64,000 bases of DNA from Candidatus Microgenomates bacterium. Lineage in GTDB: Bacteria; Patescibacteriota; JACPGU01. The stretch spans positions 241,211-305,210 of the forward strand of contig JACPGU010000002.1 in the NCBI GenBank assembly GCA_016188915.1, given 5' to 3'. Both the position numbers and the translations under genes were made by a program. Under the pieces are notes generated by a model, which was given only the letters and a program-made list of their open reading frames with translations, was not told the DNA's origin and did no database searches. This document shows, piece by piece, positions 56,703-64,000 of the stretch (position 1 is its first letter; every line of letters begins with the position of its first letter).

Positions 56703-57668
56703 ATGAACCTCAACGATCTCATTCGCCAATTCTTGGAACATCTGGAAGTTGAACGTGGCAAAAGCCTCAAAACGATAGAAAACTATCAGCACTATTTGAA
56801 TCGTTTTTTGATTTTTGCCGAAGGTTTGGGCGTGAAAGAGCCGACACAGATAGATCAAGATGTCATTCGTCAATACCGTCTCTACTTGAACCGTCTGACC
56901 AATCAAAAAGGCGAAATGCTCAGAAAAGTGACGCAAAATTATCATTCCATCGCCTTGCGCGCTTTTTTGAAATATCTGGCCAAAAGAGATATCAAATCTT
57001 TGTCGGCGGAAAAAGTGGAATTAGCCAAACAAGAAGACCGAGAAGTGAGCTTCTTGGATGCCCAAGAATTGGAAAGGCTGATGGCATCTCCCGCGATGTA
57101 TGAAAAAAATGTGACCAAAAGAATGCGTGATGAAGCGATTCTTCATACTTTGTTTTCCACCGGTCTGCGTGTCTCGGAGCTTTGCTCGCTTAATCGTGAG
57201 CAAGTGGATTTAGAGCGAGGCGAATTTTCCGTTCGAGGCAAGGGGAGCAAAATCCGCGTCGTTTTTTTGTCAAATGAGGCCAAAGAATTTTTGCGAAAAT
57301 ATTTGGAGAGAAGAAAAGACAATCATAAGGCTGTTTTTGTTCCGGTCTTGCATAAAGTGCGCGGAGCGGGTAATTCCCCGACGTCCGACGTCGGGGAGAA
57401 AATCGGGCGCGAGATGCGCCTGACTTCTCGTTCGGTGGAGAGACTAATCGCTCATTACGCTAAATTGGCCGGCATTATCAAAAAAGTTTCACCGCATACC
57501 TTAAGGCATTGCTTCGCGACCGATTTACTGATGAACGGCGCCGATATTCGTAGTGTGCAGTCTATGCTCGGCCATTCTTCTATTACCACCACGCAAATTT
57601 ATACTCATGTGACCAATCAACAATTGCGCGATGTCCATCGCGCTTTCCACGGGAAGACAAAAAAATAA
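56703..57668 (+). CDS. XerC/XerD-like tyrosine recombinase
   Basis: SAM-like N domain; TGLRVSEL, GKGSK.R, HTLRH.FAT, LGH, TTQIYTH; ATG 56703 preferred. Confidence 0.94.
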   Translation: MNLNDLIRQFLEHLEVERGKSLKTIENYQHYLNRFLIFAEGLGVKEPTQIDQDVIRQYRLYLNRLTNQKGEMLRKVTQNYHSIALRAFLKYLAKRDIKSLSAEKVELAKQEDREVSFLDAQELERLMASPAMYEKNVTKRMRDEAILHTLFSTGLRVSELCSLNREQVDLERGEFSVRGKGSKIRVVFLSNEAKEFLRKYLERRKDNHKAVFVPVLHKVRGAGNSPTSDVGEKIGREMRLTSRSVERLIAHYAKLAGIIKKVSPHTLRHCFATDLLMNGADIRSVQSMLGHSSITTTQIYTHVTNQQLRDVHRAFHGKTKK

Positions 57669-57711
57669 CCCCGCTCGCTAGAGCGGGGACTAATTTGCGC
57701 GATTAAAGCGA

Positions 57712-58746
57712 TTAGGGAGATGGAGGCATAGTGTAATCGCTTGTTTCGTCTGTCGGAGGGGGCTGGTCGGGGTCTAGCTCTTTGAGCCTTCGTCCGCATT
57801 GGCCGCAGAAGATGTCATCTTCGGCGGCTTCTTTTTGACACATCGGACACTTTCGGACATCGGGATTTTGCGTGGAGCCCATTTTTTCCGAAGCCTTTTC
57901 CTCGCCCATTGAGCCTTCCTCCTTGCGTTCTTTCTTCTGACGGCATTTTGGGCAGAAATCATAGCCTTTGGGAATCGGGGCGTTACATTGGGGACAGTAA
58001 GGTGACGAAATGGCCGTGCCGAGTTCTTTTTTCTGTGACCTTTCGTCACTAATGAGCTCAGCGCCACAGCCACCGCAGAAGATTCCGTCTCCTATGACGC
58101 ACAGTTCGGCGGTAGTGTAGGTGCCAGGAGTTTTCATCTCCACTTCTTTCTCCATATCTTCCATATCTTCGCGCGCCAGTTTCAAGAGAGCATCCCAAGA
58201 CCCCGTTTCTTCTGCAATAATGAAGAGATTAAGGGGGTCATAGCCTGGCTTTTGGGCATTGCCGGGCTCATTCAGCCAGTCAATTAGCTGATTCGTCTGG
58301 TAGAAAAGAGTGTTGGCCATCGTCATTACTTCACTGGATGTTTGCTCTTGGGCGAGTAAATTCCTCAGCAGTTTATGGAGGTATTGCAGGGCGTCGACGC
58401 TGGATACAATCAAGTTCATATCTTCGATCCGAGCCACTCTCTTAGTCAAAAAGGCAGGGTCGTCGTATCGATGAGATGGAACTTGAAATTTTGCAATAGG
58501 CGCGATGACCCCTTGCTTGGTATTGTTGACGACGACAGGTTTTATCTGCCTTTTTCTCGCCTCTCGCGATGGCCGTGGTCGGAAAATGAGGTAAATCAGA
58601 CCGTAGGCAGTCAGAACGATCGCCAATAGCAGAACGAGCGAGCAGATGTCAGTCGGCAGGCTCACACCGAGAGAGCTGGACAACCGATTGATGAAGGGGG
58701 TTGTGATTTCCTCCCACAAGTCGAAAAAGCTGAAAATAGTCTCCAT
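57712..58746 (-). CDS. Membrane protein with three C-terminal zinc-ribbon motifs
   Basis: One TM; FCGGCG, CPQC..FCPKC, CPMC..FCGQCG; SD AAGGAGG; TTGACT-18-TATAAT upstream. Confidence 0.75.
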   Translation of the reverse strand: METIFSFFDLWEEITTPFINRLSSSLGVSLPTDICSLVLLLAIVLTAYGLIYLIFRPRPSREARKRQIKPVVVNNTKQGVIAPIAKFQVPSHRYDDPAFLTKRVARIEDMNLIVSSVDALQYLHKLLRNLLAQEQTSSEVMTMANTLFYQTNQLIDWLNEPGNAQKPGYDPLNLFIIAEETGSWDALLKLAREDMEDMEKEVEMKTPGTYTTAELCVIGDGIFCGGCGAELISDERSQKKELGTAISSPYCPQCNAPIPKGYDFCPKCRQKKERKEEGSMGEEKASEKMGSTQNPDVRKCPMCQKEAAEDDIFCGQCGRRLKELDPDQPPPTDETSDYTMPPSP

Positions 58747-58909
58747 GGCGGAGCGCCTCCTTGATTTTGGTTTTGTGATTTTTTAAACATCAAAAAATCT
58801 TTCCTTATTATAGCCTATTTCGCTTTATAAAGTCAATATTTTTCTGGCAATGTCCGACTTTGCCAGACTTTTTGGCTATCGGTATTCTTGTTTTTGTGCT
58901 AAAATACTT

Positions 58910-58944
58910 CATAACTCATAACTCATAACTCATAGCTCATGCTT
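58910..58944. repeat. Heptamer tandem repeat
   Basis: CATAACT x3, CATAGCT, CATGCTT. Confidence 0.7.
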
Positions 58945-59083
58945 AGCATCGGCAATTTCACTATTCTGATTTTCCCCTAGTAATGCCTTTTGAAATTAAA
59001 TTAAATATGCCTAAGCCACGCAAAAAAAGAATCATCCTACAAAGGGATGAAAATGGGCGGATTTTGCACTCTAAAGTGGCCGA

Positions 59084-59275
59084 TTAATTAGATTTTTCAT
59101 TGTTGTCGGTGAGGACTTGTTCTTTTTCTTTATTCTCTAGATATATTTTATATAAAATCTCATAATATTGGGTTATTTGTTCTGCATATAGCCCCGCTTC
59201 CTCATCTGTTAGCTCTTTTCCAGCCTCCTCTTTTACTATTCGTTTGAATTCTTGTATTAATTTTTCTGATAACAT
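59084..59275 (-). CDS. Small hypothetical protein of a type I associate with CPR integrative elements
   Basis: MLSEKLIQEFKRIVKEEAGKELTDEEA; family link recalled, not verified. Confidence 0.55.
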   Translation of the reverse strand: MLSEKLIQEFKRIVKEEAGKELTDEEAGLYAEQITQYYEILYKIYLENKEKEQVLTDNNEKSN

Positions 59276-59476
59276 ATCTTTGTTCTAAATGATAATTGTT
59301 TTAAGCTCCTAAATTACCGAACAAATACCGAATATTTACTGAATAAGAAGATAAAAAACTACCCCTATATAAAAGCTCCTATTCAAAAATGGCGTTGGGG
59401 GGGGTCTTTCCTTTATGGGTGGTAAGCCGAGTGGGAATCCTGCTTCCTCAAAGCGAAGGCTAACTTAAAGTATTTC

Positions 59477-59932
59477 TTAAACTTTTTTGTTCTTTGCTAG
59501 ATTATGGCCGTATTTAACAGCATTTAGGATTAATAGTTGGATTTCTTTTACAAAAAACTTTGGGTAACTTACTAAATCCTCTTCTGATTCATTTGGATAG
59601 CTTTTTGAATCTTCTTCAAATTCTCCTGAACAATTTCTTAGATCCTTTTCTAATTCACACAGATAAATATTATTAGCCTTTTCTTTAATTTCCTCCTCAC
59701 TTATTAACTGACCATCTTCAATACCATATTTGACGGCTTCCCTAATGCGATCGTAGTGCCAGAAGGGGATATTGACGATATCTCTTATTTCTTTCCATCT
59801 TTCTTTGGTTATATGCACATTACCTATAGACTCATCAACATACTTTCTTAGAAGACTATCTAAAGCATCATAGGGATTAGTTTCAAAATCAAATGTTTCT
59901 TGGTTTTTCATAGGTTTATATTTAAAAGACAA
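59477..59932 (-). CDS. Hypothetical acidic protein
   Basis: 151-aa ORF overlapping the upstream gene's stop. Confidence 0.55.
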   Translation of the reverse strand: MSFKYKPMKNQETFDFETNPYDALDSLLRKYVDESIGNVHITKERWKEIRDIVNIPFWHYDRIREAVKYGIEDGQLISEEEIKEKANNIYLCELEKDLRNCSGEFEEDSKSYPNESEEDLVSYPKFFVKEIQLLILNAVKYGHNLAKNKKV

Positions 59933-60701
59933 AGATAATATTACTTAATATATTATTTCCTATATGCCCCAATATAGCATATTTAAACCCATACCTCATC
60001 CGCAAAAATCCCAATATTAAACCCCCTGTTGCTTGGGGGAGAATAAAGAAAGGAATCAAAAACCAAAAGTTGCTAAAGTTGGAAAAGTTAGACAAATGAT
60101 CTAGCCCAAACAATATTGCCGAGATATAGAAAATATACCCAAATCTTTTTTGGTAGAAGCTCCTGATTTTTTGTTCGTTTAGGAATCTCTTCATTGTCTT
60201 TGCCAGCAGAAAACCCAGTACTAAGACTATAGTAATCATAATAGGAGCTATAATCCAGTCATAAGGGTCAGAAAACACTGTAATGAGCCAGCCCCAGCCA
60301 ATATCCACACTAGCTATCCAAGTTCGTAATTCCTCAAAAAATGCGATACAGAGGAATATAAGGGCAAATGCGAGGTTGTAAAAAGAGAATCTCAGCCCAA
60401 GCCTAAATGTAAGCTCCTCCATGACAGGAGCTCCTATCAAAACGACTAGAATATAATAGATCGGTCTATAATCAGCCTCTCCTCCCACAAAGTTTCCGAC
60501 ATCATAATCAAATAATCTAAATAGGTGGTAATTAAGATATACCAATATGCTATTAATTGCCAATCCTATTATTATTAGAATGAGAATATTAAGAAGGTCA
60601 ACCGCCGTTTTCTTTTTGTTTGAATCAATGGAATAATCGGGTTTCCGTAAAAACTTCAGAAAAGATAAAACTATGTTTTCCTGATCTATTTTATTTTCCA
60701 T
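59922..60701 (-). CDS. CPBP (CAAX/Abi) intramembrane metalloprotease
   Basis: APVMEELTFR, FGLDH, HIGNN motifs. Confidence 0.88.
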   Translation of the reverse strand: MENKIDQENIVLSFLKFLRKPDYSIDSNKKKTAVDLLNILILIIIGLAINSILVYLNYHLFRLFDYDVGNFVGGEADYRPIYYILVVLIGAPVMEELTFRLGLRFSFYNLAFALIFLCIAFFEELRTWIASVDIGWGWLITVFSDPYDWIIAPIMITIVLVLGFLLAKTMKRFLNEQKIRSFYQKRFGYIFYISAILFGLDHLSNFSNFSNFWFLIPFFILPQATGGLILGFLRMRYGFKYAILGHIGNNILSNIIFVF

Positions 60702-61194
60702 TTTTGTTTGTTGGTATTTTGGTCTCTTTTATTAGCTTTGGTGGTCTAATGCTCGTGTCATAAACTGATATTTTGTCGTCTGATATTATCGTGGTCATCT
60801 TTGAATCATGATAATTAAAAAGCTCCTTTAGTTGTTTGCTTCGTGCCTTTTTAAAGAAGTGGAGATAGTTGGTTTTAAAATTTGATCTTTGTTGGCTACT
60901 GAATTGTTGTATATTCAATTGCTCTTCAAAAAGAACATCCAAGCTCTTTTTTGAATCATCCTCGCATGCTTTAACAAAGACAGGGAGTAAAGAGTGGCAA
61001 CAATGGCCTGAACAGCCAAAATCTATTATTTGATTAGCGAATATATTTATTATCCAGATCAGAAAATCAATAGGAGCTTCAAATCCCATTTTGGCCAATA
61101 ATTCCTCGGCTTTGATTGGTGAAGCTCCTCGTACATGAAAACCGCCCTTGTCAGCATATCCGCTTAAATTGTCTAAGCGTTGTTGGTTGGTCAT
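60691..61194 (-). CDS. Hypothetical protein
   Basis: 167-aa ORF in an operon; CSGHCCH cluster. Confidence 0.55.
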   Translation of the reverse strand: MTNQQRLDNLSGYADKGGFHVRGASPIKAEELLAKMGFEAPIDFLIWIINIFANQIIDFGCSGHCCHSLLPVFVKACEDDSKKSLDVLFEEQLNIQQFSSQQRSNFKTNYLHFFKKARSKQLKELFNYHDSKMTTIISDDKISVYDTSIRPPKLIKETKIPTNKNGK

Positions 61195-61199
61195 AATAT

Positions 61200-61439
61200 T
61201 TATTGATTAATCGCATAAATAACGGAGAATATTGTAAAAGCTATAAATAATAGACCTCCCAATATTGCTAAAATTCTGGAAAGTATGGGGCTACTACTTG
61301 TAGAGGGTCTTAGTGGATCCCCAACAGTAAAGCTCTTAGATAGCTCTTCATTGGAATAAAATATGCCACTAAATAAAGCTCCTAACCCAATTCCCAGTGA
61401 CACTATTGCTACTAATACTATCCCAATAATTTTCATCAT
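61200..61439 (-). CDS. Small two-TM membrane protein
   Basis: Two hydrophobic helices; first gene after the structured leader. Confidence 0.6.
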   Translation of the reverse strand: MMKIIGIVLVAIVSLGIGLGALFSGIFYSNEELSKSFTVGDPLRPSTSSSPILSRILAILGGLLFIAFTIFSVIYAINQ

Positions 61440-61459
61440 ATTTTTAAATTATTGATAAA

Positions 61460-61609
61460 ACAAAAGGACAACCTTGCAGGTTGTCACACCCAATTAGACA
61501 GGTTGTGCCTAATTGTTTTACAAAGTTGCCCTATTCTTGGTACAACCTTGCATTATCCTCACGGATAAAAAGCATAATAAATCTAATTGGGTGTGACAGA
61601 TTCATTATA
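61460..61609 (-). promoter_or_regulatory. Structured 5' leader or candidate ncRNA
   Basis: TATAAT at 61609-61604; perfect 17-bp inverted repeat 61482-61498 / 61582-61598; overlapping terminator-like hairpin GACAACCTGCAAGGTTGTC-CTTTT. Confidence 0.55.
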
Positions 61610-61682
61610 GCACGACATAAAAAATAGCGTAATATAGATTATCACGCTATTTTATGTTATTTCTCCAAGTTGTTTATCTCCC

Positions 61683-63389
61683 CTAAAACTCTAAATTCCA
61701 AACCTTATCTATAGAATATTTGGATAATTCTTGTGCTCTTTCCTTTATACTGTCTTCATTCCACGCGTCTCGTTGCAGATATTTTGAAAATATTTCTATA
61801 CCTTGAGCATACTCAACTAGCCCATGATTTTGGCCACTACCAGCTTTTTTGGTTTTCCAATCAGAATCTCTTATGGATGAATTGAGTTGTTTTGTTATTA
61901 AAGTTAAATTGCCTAATGTTAATATTAGATCGTCACGGTCATTTTCCTGCTCGTTTGTTAAATTATCGTCTTTCCAGTTATTCCGCCATTTTTTTGGCAT
62001 CACATGCTCTAGGCTATATTCGTCAAAATACTTAAGTTCCGTAGAGTTTAGATTGCTCCTAATAGATCTTTCAATTAAGTAAAGAATTCCTTTGGCTTGT
62101 TTGTTGCTTAGATCAGATTGTTTGATACCTTCTTCAACATCTTGATCGGAAGGCATATAATTAATTTTCTCCCCCTTCATTTCAATAAGCTCCTTCAATT
62201 TTTCTAGCGTGTTTATCTCGTTATTTATGAAGCTCCTAAATAATTGGTTATAATTTTTTGTCGTTTTCTTACAGATTAATCTTCGCATTAAATAAGCCTC
62301 AAGATATCTAAAAATTTTGTTCCTTTCATCTTGATTGGTAACCTTTTTTGCTACATACAGGATATACGGGATAATCGTCGCCGTATCCAACCCAAACATA
62401 ACCAAATTCAATCTTTGGACATAATCATTTTTGTTTACATCCTGTTCTACGATCTTTGGATTAACTGTGTTTTTATAAACAGAAGCATACTCTTTTAATT
62501 CACTTACCACTAAATCTTTAACTAAGCCATACTTAGCAATAAATTCTTTATACGAATTGAATACAGAATCAACCTTAAAATAACGCTCCTTATCATCAGA
62601 GGTAACATTAAGATCCTTCTCTTGAATTTTTATAAATAAATATGATTGCAAAAATAGATCTATATTATTTCTGATGCTTCGGCCTGAAGTAACTTCTTGA
62701 TCCCAATATTCCTTAATCTCGTCATCTTTTTCAAAAACATCTCGCCAGTTTTTGTTGTAAAATTCTATATCGTCTCGGAATAAGTAATTTTTTAGCAATT
62801 CAGCAGTTGTCAATCTAACACCAAGAGAGTTTATGGTATCAAAAATCTGTTGCTCATCTTCATTGAAAAGAAGATCAATGCCGACAAATAAAACATTAGA
62901 TAATAGATTGTTTGGATTTATTTCATTTGCCTCAATATTTTTTAGAAAATAGTCGTAACACCTGCTTATTTGGCTCTTCTTCTCTTTTGCATCAAGTTCT
63001 TGGTCTGTCAGTATTTTTTCAAAAATAGGTTTATCTGAGTAATTATGCTCTAAAATTATATTATTATTAAACATTGTAAAGATTTCCTGAAACTTTTCAG
63101 GTGTTTCATTTTTATTAAACAATGCCTTAAAAAACAACATAACCGTTGTTAATCTTTGTTGGCCATCAATAATTGTTCTAACATTATTTTCATTTACCTG
63201 CGTCTCCTGTTGTTTTAATATAACCGATCCCATGAAGTAGGGGCAGTTGGCACGAGAGGCATACCTCATGTCATCTAAAAATCTCTCCCATTGTTCTTCT
63301 TGCCAAACATAAGATCTTTGAAAATGAGGTATTTTCAATTTATTGGCTCTATTAAATATGTCAGATATATTTCTTTTTCCAGCTTCCAT
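61683..63389 (-). CDS. DUF262-DUF1524 (GmrSD-like) nuclease, candidate type IV restriction or defence protein
   Basis: IPHFQRSYVW, IIDGQQRLTT, IFDTINS.G, SLEHVMP, LGNLTL...N. Confidence 0.92.
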   Translation of the reverse strand: MEAGKRNISDIFNRANKLKIPHFQRSYVWQEEQWERFLDDMRYASRANCPYFMGSVILKQQETQVNENNVRTIIDGQQRLTTVMLFFKALFNKNETPEKFQEIFTMFNNNIILEHNYSDKPIFEKILTDQELDAKEKKSQISRCYDYFLKNIEANEINPNNLLSNVLFVGIDLLFNEDEQQIFDTINSLGVRLTTAELLKNYLFRDDIEFYNKNWRDVFEKDDEIKEYWDQEVTSGRSIRNNIDLFLQSYLFIKIQEKDLNVTSDDKERYFKVDSVFNSYKEFIAKYGLVKDLVVSELKEYASVYKNTVNPKIVEQDVNKNDYVQRLNLVMFGLDTATIIPYILYVAKKVTNQDERNKIFRYLEAYLMRRLICKKTTKNYNQLFRSFINNEINTLEKLKELIEMKGEKINYMPSDQDVEEGIKQSDLSNKQAKGILYLIERSIRSNLNSTELKYFDEYSLEHVMPKKWRNNWKDDNLTNEQENDRDDLILTLGNLTLITKQLNSSIRDSDWKTKKAGSGQNHGLVEYAQGIEIFSKYLQRDAWNEDSIKERAQELSKYSIDKVWNLEF

Positions 63390-63421
63390 ATAATTTATTT
63401 TTATTAATAGGTTTTATTATA

Positions 63422-64000
63422 CTACAAATCAGATAGCCTTTTCCATATCTCTACCATTGCTAGAGTATCTAACTCGCAATATTTGAGCATGTCTTGATAT
63501 AAGTGTTCTCGTTCTTCCTTGTCCACCTTCTCGTCTGTTAGTGTGAACCATGAAACTGAAGCTGTGCCACCCTCTTGGATATTAAGCTCCTTATATGACA
63601 GGTGAGGTACCATTACTGGTAATACTTTCTTGAGTGAGGCGGAAGCCTTAAAGCCCTTGTCTGCTACATATCCATTCTTAAATATCATCATCAAATCAAA
63701 CATTCTTTCATTCATACCCTCAAAGAATTCTTTATATTCAGGGTTTCTGCTGGCAATACCTGTATTACAACTCTTTTCAAAAGACATATTCCACGATATA
63801 AAAGTTCCTTTTTCTCCGACGATATTATTCAGCGATTCATAAAGATCTTTGGTCGGGTCTTTGTATTCTTTTTCTAAAAACTCATAATGCTTTGCTTCTG
63901 CGTTTGGAGCTTCTATGACATGTAAAGAGTATTGAAACGGGATATTCTCGTAAGGCCTAAGCCCATCAAATAGAGGTACGGCTCCTCCAAATGTCTCATA
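63422..64000 (-). CDS. DUF2779-domain protein (RNase H-like), 5' partial
   Basis: Frame is open to the window edge: YETF..AVP.FDG.RPY..IPFQYSLH...WN.SFEK...SLKKVLP...YCELDT.AM. Confidence 0.85.
   Translation of the reverse strand, partial: YETFGGAVPLFDGLRPYENIPFQYSLHVIEAPNAEAKHYEFLEKEYKDPTKDLYESLNNIVGEKGTFISWNMSFEKSCNTGIASRNPEYKEFFEGMNERMFDLMMIFKNGYVADKGFKASASLKKVLPVMVPHLSYKELNIQEGGTASVSWFTLTDEKVDKEEREHLYQDMLKYCELDTLAMVEIWKRLSDL

Noticed and set aside
56703-57668. Xer-type recombinase as the integrase of the right-hand island
   Set aside because: It has housekeeping XerC/D architecture and core-like composition, and I found no att repeat linking it to the island
59007-59087. 26-aa plus-strand ORF MPKPRKKRIILQRDENGRILHSKVAD
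   Set aside because: No SD or recognisable family; too short to support
63422-63787. A standalone 121-aa gene or a frameshift
   Set aside because: The frame is open to 64000, so it is the 3' part of a longer DUF2779 gene
1-64000. CRISPR array, DGR, retron or group II intron
   Set aside because: No regularly spaced repeat-spacer array, no cas genes and no reverse-transcriptase motifs among the ORFs
1-64000. Alternative genetic code (UGA read as Gly or Trp)
   Set aside because: Conserved genes are intact under code 11, and some end in TGA at the expected position (sufS, ndk)

Overview
Bacterial chromosome segment that looks like Patescibacteria/CPR (inference from AT-rich compact genes, tRNAs without encoded CCA, short divergent housekeeping proteins and many small palindromes). 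Core genes: murD 3' end, smpB, sod, typA, a complete Rrf2-sufCBD-Rieske-sufSU operon, rplY, purN, dcd, ndh, DEAD-box helicase, galU, ftsH, murJ, lepA, ndk, a Xer-type recombinase and five tRNAs. Accessory parts: a surface-protein locus at 11.9-27.7 kb, a low-GC cassette beside tRNA-Ser(GCT) and a low-GC defence island from about 59 kb to the end (GmrSD-like DUF262-DUF1524, DUF2779). Best leads: (1) a three-part WxL/DUF916-like locus arranged like an usher-less donor-strand pilus (small pilin, membrane-anchored chaperone-like protein, 2446-aa adhesin ending in the same pilin domain without the N-terminal strand); (2) two leader-peptide attenuators with full alternative pairings (Ile/Leu/Val-rich and Phe/Trp-rich) in front of non-biosynthetic genes; (3) three tRNA genes each preceded by a 5' remnant of the same isotype cut off at a GCCACC(C)GC motif, one giving a tRNA nested inside a relic tRNA; (4) an orphan plant-type class II ketol-acid reductoisomerase. 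All calls come from reading the sequence and recalled motifs; no searches were run.
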